Position numbers and translations under genes: made by a program. Shown in pieces: positions 1 through 14,331 of a DNA stretch of 64,000 nt (position 1 is the first letter of the stretch; each line of letters begins with the position of its first letter). This stretch comes from Eledone cirrhosa. Its lineage: Eukaryota. The notes under the pieces are model-generated. The model saw nothing but the letters and a program-made list of their open reading frames with translations, did not search any database and was not told where the DNA came from. The DNA lies in NCBI GenBank assembly GCA_964016885.1, contig OZ024754.1:17918001-17982000 (forward strand). The letters run 5' to 3'.

Positions 1-495
1 CACTTGCACCTTTCTAAGACAATGTCACTGGACCGAGATCTTTGGTGCTACGCAGTAATACAGAAGACCCGCCTTGCCTATGTACAAAGTGAAACCTAGT
101 CAGTAGGCACCTCTTAACCAAATATACACCCCAATCCACTACCCCTACCCTACCCCCCCCTCCCACTAACACCTCCCTCTCTCTGTAAAGTTGGTACCAC
201 AACATCCAGTCCAAATAAATGAGATAATGAGATCGAGATTGTGTAGGTGTCACAACAAAAAAACACACAGTCCACGCTGTAATGTGGCCGTATAGGTAAC
301 ACGGTAAAAAGTTTCCAGTTCCACACTGTAAATGTGGTTGGTGTTAGGAAGGGCATCCAGCCGTAAATAACCTGCCCGATAGTCCTATATGAGCGAGACA
401 CGGTCACCCAACCAACCTTGCCTCAAGTGGGACAACTCCCGTCTAACACATGCTAGCGTGGAAGATGGACGTTAAACGATGATGTTGATGATGAT
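1..495 (+). mobile_element. RTE-clade LINE 3' end
   Basis: Encodes LDRDLWCYAVIQKTRL; 3'UTR nearly identical to 11690-12130; (GAT)n tail. Confidence 0.85.
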
Positions 496-553
496 GAATT
501 GAAAAACTGAGAAATAAAATAGTTTTTATTAAAAATTCCCCAAATTCACTCAC

Positions 554-850
554 CATATTGGTCAATCTCAATTCTGTGCTTACAGTAGAAAGTTCTTTTT
601 CTATCTGAGCAATCCTTGACTGGTTTTGTTGAAGCTCTGATTTGTGTTTGGCTTCAGTCTGTTGCCAATTAGATTCCTTTGTATGAAGACATTCCAGATC
701 TTCCTTCAGTTTTTCAATACTGTGTTGTTTATCCAAGAGTTGGCGCTGTATATTATCCTGTTCAATTTCCAGTTTTTCCATCTCACTCTTCAGCAAGTCA
801 TTGTTGGACTGCAGACTCATAGATTCTTCACACGACTTCAACAATTTAGA
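554..850 (-). CDS. NuMA-like coding exon 14 (SKLLKSCEESMSLQ...TELRLTNM), coiled coil
   Basis: Overlaps ORF 443..844; ttattttag acceptor, GTGAGT donor, 297 nt, phase 0-0; the gene continues beyond the window start. Confidence 0.85.
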
Positions 851-3800
851 CTAAAATAAAATTAAAATATAAAAAAATAACACACATTTTTGATACACAC
901 TCATACATGCCAGAAAATACCAATCCATCACTACTGACAGTGGGATGGCTTGGAGCTAAACAACAAAAACTGGACACAATTTCAACAACCAAAAGAAAAT
1001 CTTCAGAAAGAATCTTACTTCTAAAATATCTCGCTCAGATGTAACTTTAGAAAGATCAATCTTTAACTGTTCATGAATATCTGGAGCAAACCATGTTGTC
1101 TTGATATCTTCTAATTCTGTTTTTAATTCATTCCTTAAACAGTCAGTTACAACATCCATAGTTTCTCCATTTAGTTGTTTTTCTGAAAACAGAAAATCAA
1201 AATTGTTTAAGCCCTTCGTTAGCAAACATCTAATGAAATACACTGTATTAATTAAGCCTCTCATTAGCAAATTCCTAATGAAATACACTGTATTAATTAA
1301 GCCTCTCGTTATCAAACTCCTAATGAAATACACTGTATTAACCCTTCTTAATGGCAACCACACTGTGAACTGAGAGCTTTTTTCATAACACCACCACTAC
1401 CACTTTATAGGGTGGACTGGGTGCTTTTTGTCATGGCACTAGCAGTGTAGGAGAACAAGTCTGGAGTGTGTCTGGCTTTCCATACATGCATGGGAGTGTA
1501 TCGGGTGTGGAGGTAAAAGGAATTAATTCCAATCATTGTTAAACATCTATTTTCTATGCCCACCTGAGCTGTCATGGTCTGCGACTAGACCAGACAGGAG
1601 ACCACAGACATAAAGGTAGTTTTGGGCAGGTTGATAACAAAAGGCTTAACTAACATTCATCATATACATAACCTTTGATGAGTTGTAGTGCACCTGAGCA
1701 CTGTACACAATAATTTCATTATTATTATTATTATAATTCCATAAACCTTTTATTGGGGTAACGATGGTTGAATATTCTTGCTTGTATTTTTATTGTGTTC
1801 TTACACACAATATACACACACCCCCTTACAAACACAATATATATACATAACCATCCTACATATACATGCATATCTGTAGTGACCTATATTCCGTGGGCTC
1901 ATATACATTCTTTGTGCGTGATTTGGCTCAGCTCAGCCAATCAGCGCCAGCAAAAGAGAATGTATCCCTACGCGCCCTGAGGGAAAAATTCCCGCGTGAA
2001 TTAAAGAAATCAGCCTCTCGCATCCTGACCATGGGATAGTAAAGACCACTTGGTCTCTTGCTGCTTGAATGCCGAAGGACCGACACGTACAATATGTAAC
2101 GGTGAGATTTGCACTTTGGCCTGCCGGCCTGCCTTGGGCCTGGCACAATGGCACATTCCTTTTGTAACCCTTTTTTGTTTAACTTCAACCTTACAAATTA
2201 ACAAACATTACTTTGTGTTACAACAAAAATAAACATACATTTCATCTCACGAACATTCTTCTTGTTGACGTTATTATCATGTTACTCGTTTGTCGATGTG
2301 ACCAACATATACTTCTACCAAACGGATTACTCGTGGCGCTACTAACTATAACACGATTAATTGCTAAAAAATGGTGACCCGACGTGAGGAATATTGTAAA
2401 TACAAAATATTCCTTTTAAAATTTAAAAAAAATTAGCAGTATTTAAAAAAATTTTCACCACGAGGAAATTTCAAAATGGCTACCACCAAGTACTTCTCTA
2501 CTACCAGCCATCAGCAGCAACTGACACAACATAGTGACACCTTTGTAGTTATACCGCCGCAACTACCACCACAACGAATAGCAGTCACCTACAGCTTATG
2601 GTAACACATTTATCACTACAGTGACTGTCACAGCTTCGACACGGCTACAATAACAACTTTGGCGCAATCAGCAGCAGCCACAACATTGGTTAACCACTAA
2701 CCATGGACAACGCATGGTGAATTCGACTTTGATTCTACAGAAGATTTACTGTGACTTTGCTTTGATAACAACTCTACTAGCTTCCTAGTAAGAGCGATCA
2801 CAAATAAATTTTAAGGAAAAGAAAAAGTGAATTTTTTGTTAAAAAAACAATTCTTTCTTTCTTTCTCTTTTTACAGGCAATGTTCGGACATTTATTCTTT
2901 TAGAACTGCATTATATGAAAATTCTTTCTTTTTTTTATCATTGTATATATGACTGCACCCACACATTCTTTGCTGTATTACATGCCTGCATATGCACACA
3001 TATTCCTTTGACACACACAGCAACATGTTGTTGCCTTAGTAAATGATCTTCAAGCGTTGTAATATTCTGCGAGATCCCTTCTCACTTTGTGGAGACACCA
3101 AACATGCTGTCGACACTTTGCAACTTAATTCACCTGAACTCAAACTGGCACCGTAACACGAGAATGCTAATTGCAGCTGGATTCAAACAGTTCGCATCTC
3201 GCTGCACACTCATCATCCTATAGCATAACAACCTCCATCTTGTTACTTTATCCGACTCACTGGGAAAACAACAAATGGAACTGGACCTGTCAGCATTTCC
3301 ACCATTTCTCCTATGGATTCGCCAGAGTTATGGAATTTACATTTCAACTACTACCCACCTACAGATTCAACTTGCTTTTTTTCTTTTCAAAGTAACCAGC
3401 CATTTTTTCCTGGCTGCCTAGCACTTTCGGCAATACATCTTCCAAAAAACCTACATGCACAAGTGCTTACACACATTCTCACAACACACAATATACATAC
3501 TACTGGGCAAATGAATGTAAATCTACTTTTGGAGATTCACTAGTGAATATAATGTATGAAACCTCATAGGATTGTGTGTTGAGGTCAGTGATCGCCAACC
3601 GCTGGTCTGCGGACCACTGGAGGTCTGAGAGACAATTTTGGTGGTCTGCAGAAAAATTTAGACATTATTTACTTTAAAGATTTTGTTATGATTATATAAG
3701 CACTTATAATTTTGTTATAATTAAATAGGTGCATTTCATATTAATAAAATGGAAGTTTTCTGATCATTATTTTACAAATGTATGTATTTTTTTTTTAAAT

Positions 3801-6800
3801 TCATATTAATGGTTCGCAGGATTTAAAATTATGAATTTAGTGGTCCATGAGGTCTGAAAGATTAGCATCCTCTGGTTTAGGTGATATAAGGTTCGTTTGT
3901 AGCAGTTTCTTTCTCTCGCTCTCACACACACACAACACATTATTTAAATGTATAGTTTACAATCACCTGACTGGAATGCAATTGATTCTTCATAATCTCT
4001 CTTCAAAACTTCATACATTTCTCTCAATTTTGCTAAATTGTCTTCTGTAAAGTTTTTGCTCTGAATTGTCTCATCCAAGATGTTTTGTTTGTGATCCAAA
4101 CTCTGCTCAAGACTTGAACATTTCCTCTGCTCTAGTTGTAGTTCCTCCAGATACTTCACTCGGTCTAATTGAACCATCTTAAGCTGGGATTTCTGAAAGA
4201 ATGTGAAATGATATAGTGAGAACACAGCCATTACTTAACCACTGTGCCATGATATAGTGGTAACACAGCCATTCCTCAGTCACTATGCCATGATACAGTG
4301 ACAACACAGCCATTGATCTGTACCTTCACATTGTATCATGTACTGAGAAACCATTATTAAACATAATAATTAAAACAAGAGATATTTTCTACCAATGTTT
4401 ACATACCATTTCCTTCAGTTTATTTAATTCTTCATATACATCAGCATTCTCATTCCTTAGAGAATTATTTTCTATTTTCAATAGTTTAAATTCATCACGC
4501 TGACAATTCACCCTGGAGATAAAAAAAAAAAAGAGTATATATAGGTGTTTTGTGTTTTTTACTTTTTATTTGTGAGGCTCCCATATTCTAGCTAATATTT
4601 TTTAAATCTTACAGCTTCAAATTTTCATCTATTAGTTATTATGTTTTTTCACATTACACATTCATATCAACCGATACAATTTGATACCCAATCAAGTTCT
4701 CAACTCATTTATAAAATTCTTAAGATAACAATGAACTTTAAACAGATCATACTTTACTCATTCTTCTCCAATATCTACAAATCTTCTCTTGTTTCTCTGA
4801 TATTCAGTATATTATTTAAACACACCTACTGGAATCTGATGTTTTTTGTAGAAAAGATGTGCTAGATCAAATAATAGATGTACTAGATGTAATAATAGAT
4901 GTACTAGATGTAGTAACAGATGTACTAGATGTAATAACAGATGTACTAGATGTAGTAACAGATGTACTAGATGTAATAACAGATGTACTAGATGTAGTAA
5001 CAGATGTACTAGATGTAGTAACAGATGTACTAGATGTAGTAATAGATGTTTTACATGTATTAACAGAGGTAATAGATGTAACAGATGTGGTAGATATAGT
5101 AGCAGATTACTAGATGTAGAAATAGATGTGCTAGATGTAATAATAGAAAAATCTAAGCAATGGTTCAAATGATCTGTCTACACATACTTATCAGCCTCAG
5201 CAGCTAGTTTATCATATTTATCTTTAAGGTTATCCAATTCATCTGCTTGGTCTTGTAACTGCTTCAATTGTCGTATTTGGTTGTTTAGTTCTCGGATCTT
5301 GTCTTCTGAAGAATTCAAAAGCAGAGAAAGCATGGAAAAGAGGACGTAAAAACAATGATGATGATAATTATAATATATAAATGGGAACATACAAATAAGG
5401 AGAAGATATGTAATATCTATTGGAGAGACAGACATAGGACATGGCTAAATGGTTAAAAAATTCACTTTGTAATCATGAAGCCCTTGACTCAATCCCATTG
5501 TGTAATATCTTAGGCAAGCATCATATATTGTAGCCATCAGTTAACCAAAATCTTGTAAAGTAAAATTGAGGAGAGAGGAACTGTGAGGAAACTTGTCAGA
5601 CAGACTGTAGCAGTAATTCAAATATCCAACCATGTTATATACTGTTATGCTACCTAAAGATTATGTTAGGTTTAACCATTAAGTTACCAATCCTACCAAA
5701 ACCAGCTCTGGTTCTATGAAATAAAATCATCCATTTTAAAGGTTTCCAATTTAAATTAAAATCTTCCAACATAATTTTATATAAGAAAAAATAATTGTTT
5801 CTACTTTTGGCACAAGGCCAGCAATTACCCAGTGTATTACTGGTACTTTATTTTATCGACCCCATAAGGATGAAAGGCAAAGTTAACCTCAGCAGGATTT
5901 GAACTCAGAATGGCAAGGGCCGTAACTCTGCGTCAAAGCATGGCGTCCGACCCCCTACCGATACTGCCAATCCACCGCCAGTATATAAGAAAAAATAATG
6001 AAATAATGAATAATTTTAGTAAATCCCTCGAGAGACAACTACATTGGTATGGCCATGTGATGCACTTGGATGATGACCACTGGGTAAAGAAGTGCCAGGT
6101 AATCCCAGTAGAAGGAAGATGCAGTAGAGGAAGACCACAGAAAACATGGGTGGAGGTGGTGAGAGCTGACGTCAGATTGCTGAAGCTCAGAGATGACGAA
6201 AGACCGTGACAAATGGAGAGATGTTGTGCTATAGAGGACCCGTCCCACCCTTGCAAGCAGGGAAAAGCAGGCATAAAATGATAATGATGAGATAGAATGC
6301 TTTTGAACACAGGTCTGATAAGAGATGACCCAGGGCTAAAAAACATCAGGTCTGATAAGAGGTGACCCCCCAGGGATTAACAACATCAAACAACTAGAAG
6401 GAATAGGTATAAACTACATTACCTTTCAAAGATATAGTCTTGTCCTTTTCAGTGAGATCATATTCCATTTCAGAGCGAAGATGTCGTTCAAGATTCAAAT
6501 CTCCACCAAGTTTCCTCAAAAGTATATTTTTCTGTTCAACTTCTTCCTAAAATTTGTAAAAGTTTTACAATAAATACATTTTATATAAATTGTGTGGGTG
6601 TACTACAGTTGCGCCAGTGTGCCATGGTTGTGAGATGTGCCACAGTTGTTCAGTGTGTGTATGAGTGTGCCACAGTTGTTCAGTGTGTGTGTGAGTGTGC
6701 CACAGTTGTTCAGTGTGTGTGTGACTGTGCCACAGTTGTGAGTGTGTGCCAGTTATGTGACTATGCCATAGATGTGTGTGGGTGTAAGCGACAGTTATGA

Positions 6801-9800
6801 GAGCGTGTGCACCATTAACCCCTTCAAAGCCAGAACAGCTGATAACCCTGAACATTTTAACTAAATCTAATGAGGGAGTTTCTACATGGTTGCTTGACTT
6901 ACTAGAAATACCAGCCAAACTTCCCTCATTGTAAGCCCAATGTTCTAACCACTGAGCCATGCTCCTTTACTAAATAATAATAATCATAATCTATAATATA
7001 ATGATAAACATCAAACTTAGAAGCCCAGAAATATTTCAACTGAGAAGATAACTAAATAATTGTTTCTACTTTAGGCACAAGGCCAGCAATTACCCAGTGC
7101 ATTACTGGTACTAAATAATGAAGGTAACATTGGTTATCTCCCCTGCCTTACATAAAAATATGGAAGTTTTTTTTTGATAAATATAAACACTTTAAAAAAG
7201 TCTTGTATTGTAGCAGAGATGTTTTGTACATAACTTAAAGATTTTTACATAAAATTATGATGGAAGCTTTTTAGATAAATATAAACACTTAAAAACAAAC
7301 AGTGTTGTATTGTACAAGAAGCAGGTGAGTTAATAATCTGTGAGAGTAGAAAAAGAAACTTGAGAAAACACATTTGCCAAGATCATCGACAACATAAATA
7401 AAATGGAACGGCTCAAACTTAGATTGTAACTCAACAATTAATGATGTCTTAAGTTGATAACAAGGCAAAGAAAGTTGTAGGAGAATGGTACTGTTAAATT
7501 GAACCGACCCAAGTTTAAAACAGGTACTTAATTTATCAAATGAGGGGACAGGAATAAGTAAAGATAATACTGGTGAGATTTCAAGTCAGAATATAAAAGG
7601 GATGCCATTAAATACCAGAAGGCATTTATTTAGTCTGGCATTCTACTGTATCTAAGACACAGGAAATAATTGTTTTTGATTTAGGCACAAGGCCAGCAAT
7701 TTGAGGGTAGAAGAAAAGTAGATTAAATTGACCCCAGTACTTGACTGGTATTTTATTTTAATTAACCTGAAGATGAAAAGCAAAGTTCACTTTGGTGGGA
7801 TTTTAAGTGAGAACCTATGAAGTCGGAACAAATACCATGTGGCATTTTGTCCAATGCCTGAACGTTTCTGCCAAACCATTCGCCCCATAAGAAATAATGA
7901 TATGATTAGTACACCATAAGCAAAGAAGAATGGTAACAAGCAATAAAGAGAGAGGGGATAGAAAAAAAGAATTAAAAAATAAAAACATTTGAAAAGTGAA
8001 CAGGATTGATGGTTTTTAAGGTTGGCACAAAAGGTATTATTTTTAAGAAAATGATTTGGTTGGTTGATTCAACTCCATGTATTCTAACTGAAAGTCAACC
8101 TCAATGGAGTTAGAACTCAGAATCTAGAGTAATAAATAATATTAATCCTTTAATGACTCCATTTCTAACGAAATACACTATTTTAATTAACTAATGAAGA
8201 ATTTTGAGTGATTTAGTAAAATTATTAATTATTTCATTACTAAGACTAGCAGAAAAACCACCCTTCGGGTGGTTTTCTGCTGGCATGTGTAGTGTGTATA
8301 TTGCAGGTACAGAATTTATCTATCTATCTAATCTCTCTTACGGACGATATGTCAATTTTGAGAATATAAGCAAAACACTTCTTTCCTTTTACTCGTAGTT
8401 GACTCAATAAGCAGTGTTTTAAACTTCTATTTATGCCAGTTTAGAATTCAAATTCTCCGTTTTTCTCTCGGATTTTCAATTAATATTGTACATGTTTTTA
8501 ATAATATCACATTCTGTTGGACCCTTCCTAAAGCTACCCATTTCCCACCCCCACACACCACCATTGCTATATGGTCCAACCATAACTCAGCAGCTTATAG
8601 TAAAGTTCTCTAACAAATCAGTATAGCAAAGCTACCACCTCGGTTACTACTCCTTAAGTTTAGACCTGTTTGATGGGTGGACTGCAGAATTTGGAAAGTC
8701 TAAGCTCTCAATGACAATGTCACTTCCCGCTGCAGGACGAGAATGCAAAGACCCCTCTTTATTTCAGACACAGATGACCAACATAATTCCGTCTCCCACA
8801 CCCCTCCAACCCTCCCAACTTCAGAGTTGGTACCATGAACGTAGGCACATTGAAAGGTCGCTCAAATGAGGGTGTAGAGATGCTTGAACGTAAAGAAGTT
8901 GATGTTTGTTGTATTCAAGAGACTAGGTGGAGAGGTGGGTCTGCTAGATTCATCGTGGGTAAAAAACGATGCTATAAACTTTTCTGGGTGGGAAATGACA
9001 ATGGACTGGGTGATGTAGGAATTATGTTAGCTGAAAAATGGGTAGATAAGGTAATTGACGTAAATAGAGTGAATGACAGAATAATTAAAATAAGACTAGT
9101 TCTAAATAGAACTACTGTGACAATAATATCCGCTTATGCACCCCAATCTGGTCTACCTGACATTATAAAGGACAGGTTCTATGAGACGCTAATGTACACT
9201 ACCTCCCAAATAATCGACAGCGACTACTTAATTATTGCTGGCGATCTAAACGGTCATGTTGGACAACATAGTGATGGCTATGATGGAATCCATGGAGGCT
9301 ATGGGGTTGGAAATTGAAATGAGGAGGGCTTCAGAATCCTGGAATTCTGTGACGCTAATAACCTAACTATCTGTAACACAAACTTCAAAAAACGAGAAAA
9401 CCATTGATCACTTATAGATCAGGGGAACACGCCAGCCAGAAAGATTATATCCTTACTAGAAGACGTGACAAAGTGTCTGTTGTAAACACAGAAGAGGCCT
9501 ACCTTGAGGAGAAGAATATGGAAGTTGAAGGACCCCATAGCCAGTGACAAATTTAAAAGCTGATTAGTTGATGATTTTGACAATAAGGAAGTGCAATTAA
9601 AGATGTGCAATATAGAGGAACAGTGGGAATTCTTGAAAGTGAGCCTGCTGAAAGCAATGAATGAAATCTGTGGCTTGAGCAGACCTATTGGCAGGAGGAG
9701 AGTAACTTGGTGGTGGAACAGTAAGGTGGAGGAGACAATCAAGGCCAAAAAGCAGGCTTGGAAAGTATAGCAGAATGGGGGAAGTAGAGAACACTATCAA

Positions 9801-12604
9801 GTGGCCAGGAGAGAAGCTAGGAGACAAGTGCACCTTATAAAAAGGGAAGCAGAGGATAGAAAGTTCAAGCATGTTCTACAACGTGAGGACCAAAAACATG
9901 AGGTGTTCAGGATTGCAAGACAATGTGTCAAGGAAAACTGTGATATTGTCGGGGAGAAGTGTGTCTGTAATGATAACGGTGTACTTGCCCTCACTGATAC
10001 TGATAAGAAGATAGCTTGGAGGTGTCACTATGAGAGACTATTAAATGAAAAGAATAAATGGGAAAAAGATAGTCTGCCCCAAATCGATCCAATAGAAGGA
10101 CCAGCGGTGCAAGTTAAAGGTAGTTTAATAAGTAAGGTAATCAAAGCTATGAAGACAGGCAAGGCAGCTGGGCCTTCAGAGATAGTTGCTGAGATGTTGA
10201 AGGCAACTGGAATGGTGGGACATATTATGGTCACCCGTATAGTTAACCAAGTAATACAGAATGGGGTCATACCAAAAGACTGGCGTAGCAGCATCATCAT
10301 TAACTGCTACAAGGGTAAAGGAGATGCTCTAGATAGGGGAAACTATAGAGGCATTAAGTTAGTTGACCAGGTCATGAAGGTCACAGAAAGAGTTATAGCG
10401 CAACTAATCAGAGAGCGAATTGATCTAGATGAAATGCAGTTTGGGTTTGTGTCAGATAAAAGTACCACAGACGTTCTTTTCCTTGTATGACAACTACAAG
10501 AGAAGTACCTACCTAAAAGTAAACCCCTCTACTTAGCTTTTGTTGACTTGGAGAAAGCCTTTGACAGAGTCCTCCGCTCCATTATCTGGTGGGCTCTTAG
10601 AAAACTAGGTGTAGATGAATGGCTTGTGACAGTTATACAAGCTATGTATAAAGAAACAGTCAGTAAGGTTAGAATTAACAATGAATATAGTGAAGAATTT
10701 AGTGTAAAAGTTGGTGTTCATCAAGGCTCTGTCCTTAGTCCCCTCCTATTTACTATTGCCCTTCAGGCTATAACAGAGGACTTCAAGACCGGCTGCCCAT
10801 GGGAACTCCTATACGCAGATGATCTAACTCTCATAGCTGAATCTATGGATAAACTAGAGAAGAAATTCCAAACATGGAAGCATGGCCTAGAATCAAAAGG
10901 CCTTAAAGTTAACTTGTCTAAGAGACTAAAGTTCTAGTTTGTAGAAAGGAAAATAGGGCACAGGTGCCCTCAGGGAAATGGCCATGCTCAGTGTGTAGGA
11001 AAGGAGTAGGCAGAAATTCCCAAATGTCCCAAATGCAAAGTATGGGTACATAAAAGATGTAGTGGGATCACAGGTAAGTTATCTAAGAACGTAGACTTTA
11101 TATGTGGCCGATACTCAGGTGCAATAAGTAGCAAGTGCCCAAAGGATACTAGCTCCTTCTATTGCCCAGATGGTTCTATAGAAATAGTGGACACCTTCCG
11201 TTACCTGGGTGATGAAATCAGCAGTGGTGGAGGGTGTTCTGAAAGTAGAGTAGCCAGAGTCAGAACGGGATGGAAAGAGTTTAGAGAGCTTATACCACTG
11301 TTGGCCACAAAAGGTTTCTCTCTAAAAATGAAAGGCAGATTGTATGATGCCTGTATACGAACAGCAATATTACATGGCAGTGAGACCTGGGCATTGCGTG
11401 CAGGGGATCTGCATAGACTGGAAAGGAACGAAGCATGCATGCTCTGTTGGATGTGTAATAAATAGTAATATACGTCAACGGCAAAGCATAAATGAACTAA
11501 GTGAGAAATTAGGAATAAGATGGATCAGATGTGTTTACTTGAGAGAAGGCTACGTTGGTATGGTCACGGGATGCGCATGAAAGACGACAACTATATGAAA
11601 AAGTGCAGGGCGATCAAAATTGATGGTAGTTACGTAGTAAGTAGACCCAGAAAAACCTGGGACGATCTGATAAATTCCGACCTAACACACTTACATCTGT
11701 CTAAGACAATTTCACTGGACCGAGATCTTTGGCGCTACGCAGTAATACAGAAGACCCGCCTTGCCTATGTACAAAGCGAAACCTACACTCAGTAGGCACC
11801 TCTTAACCAAATATACACCCCAATCCACTACCCCTACCCTATCCTCCCACTAACACCACCCTTTCTCTGTAAAGTTGGTACCACAACATCCAGTCCAAAT
11901 AAATGAGATAATGAGATCGAGATCGTGTAGGTGGCACGACAAAAAACACACAGTCCACGCTGTAATGTGGTTGTGTAGGTAACATGGTAAAAAGTTCCCA
12001 GTTCCACACTGTAAACGTGGTTGGTGTTAGGAAGGGCATCCAGCCGTAGAAAACCTGCCAGATAGTCCTATATGAGCGAAACACGGTCACCCGACCAACC
12101 TTGCTTCAAATGGGACAACTGTCTAACCCAATTGCTTTTTGGTGTGTCCATTGAAGAGGATCTAGAACCAAAGCTATTAGTCTTTAGAGGCAGATGGGGA
12201 GGGGGGGGGTTAATGAACCACGAAAGATAAGTAAAAGGAAAACAGATATAGGAGAGAGCACTGTAATGTAGAGAGAGAGAACTGTAATGTAGAGAGAGAG
12301 AGAGAGAACTGTAATGTAGAGAGAGAGAGAGAACTGTAATGTAGAGAGAGAGATAGAACTGTAATGTAGAGAGAGAGAGATAGAACTGTAATGTAGAGAG
12401 AGAGATAGAACTGTAATGTAGAGAGAGAGAGAGAGAGAACTGTAATGTAGAGAGAGAGAGAGATAGAACTGTAATGTAGAGAGAAAGAGAACTGTAATGT
12501 AGAGAGAGAGAGAGAGAGAACTGTAATGTAGAGAGAAAGAGAACTGTAATGTAGAGAGAGAGAGAGAGAGAACTGTAATGTAGAGAGAGAGAGAGAACTG
12601 TAAT

Positions 12605-12637
<33 letters not shown>

Positions 12638-14286
12638 TGTAATGTAGAGAGAGATATAGAACTGTAATGTAGAGAGAGAGAGAGATAGAACTGTAATGTA
12701 GAGAGAGAGATAGAACTGTAATGTAGAGAGAGAGAGAGAAAACTGTAATGTAGAGAGAGAGAGAACTGTAATGTAGAGAGAGAGAGAGATAGAACTGTAA
12801 TGTAGAGAGAGAGATAGAACTGTAATGTAGAGAGAGAGAGAGAGAGAGATAGAACTGTAATGTAGAGAGAGAGAGAGAAAACTGTAATGTAGAGAGAGAG
12901 AGAGATAGAACTGTAATGTAGAGAGAGAGAGAACTGTAATGTAGAGAGAGAGAGAGAAAACTGTAATGTAGAGAGAGAGAGAGATAGAACTGTAATGTAG
13001 AGAGAGAGATAGAACTGTAATGTAGAGAGAGAGAGAGAAAACTGTAATGTAGAGAGAGAGAGAACTGTAATGTAGAGAGAGAGAGAGATAGAACTGTAAT
13101 GTAGAGAGAGAAATAGAACTGTAATGTAGAGAGAGAGAGAGAGAGAGATAGAACTGTAATGTAGAGAGAGAGAGAGAAAACTGTAATGTAGAGAGAGAGA
13201 GAGATAGAACTGTAATGTAGAGAGAGACAGAACTGTAATGTAGAGAGAGAGAGAGAAAACTGTAATGTAGAGAGAGAGAGAGAAAACTGTAATGTAGAGA
13301 GAGAGAGAGATAGAACTGTAATGTAGAGAGAGAGATAGAACTGTAATGTAGATAGAGAGAGAGATAGAACTGTAATGTAGAGAGAGAGAGAGATAGAACT
13401 GTAATGTAGATAGAGAGAGAGATAGAACTGTAATGTAGAGAGAGAGAGAGATAGAACTGTAATGTAGAGAGAGAGAGAGAGATAGAACTGTAATGTAGAG
13501 AGAGAGAGAGAGAGAGAACTGTAATGTAGAGAGAGAGATAGAACTGTAATGTAGAGAGAGAGAGAGAGAGAGAGAAAGAGAACTGTAATGTAGAGAGAGA
13601 GAGAGATAGAACTGTAATGTAGAGAGAGAGAGAGATAGAACTGTAATGTAGAGAGAGAGAGAGAGAGAGAGAGAACTGTAATGTAGAGAGAGAGATAGAA
13701 CTGTAATGTAGAGAGAGAGAGAGAGAGAGAGAGAGAACTGTAATGTAGAGAGAGAGAGAGATAGAACTGTAATGTAGAGAGAGAGAGAGATAGAACTGTA
13801 ATGTAGATAGAGAGAGAGATAGAACTGTAATGTAGAGAGAGAGAGAGATAGAACTGTAATGTAGATAGAGAGAGAGATAGAACTGTAATGTAGAGAGAGA
13901 GAGAGAGATAGAACTGTAATGTAGAGAGAGAGAGAGAGAGATAGAACAGTAATGTAGATAGAGAGAGAGATAGAACTGTAATGTAGAGAGAGAGAGAGAT
14001 AGAACTGTAATGTAGATAGAGAGAGAGAACTGAAATGTAGAGAGAGAGAGAAAGAGATAGAACTGTAATGTAGAGAGAGAGAGAGAGAGATAGAACTGTA
14101 ATGTAGAGAGAGAGAGAGATAGAACTGTAATGTAGAGAGAGAGAGAGAACTGTAATGTAGAGAGAGAGAGAGATAGAACTGTAATGTGGAGAGAGAGAGA
14201 GAGAGAGAGAGAGAGAACTGTAATGTAGAGAGAGAGAGAGAGATAGAACTGTAATGTAGATAGAGAGAGAAAGAGATAGAACTGTA

Positions 14287-14331
<45 letters not shown>

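Noticed and set aside
4745-4850. Extra coiled-coil-like exon (ETREDL...)
   Set aside because: It has in-frame stops, and exons 10 and 11 already join in phase without it.
8248-8282. GC-rich hairpin resembling a rho-independent terminator or UUCG tetraloop RNA
   Set aside because: It is better explained as a Helitron subterminal hairpin adjoining CTAG on the minus strand.
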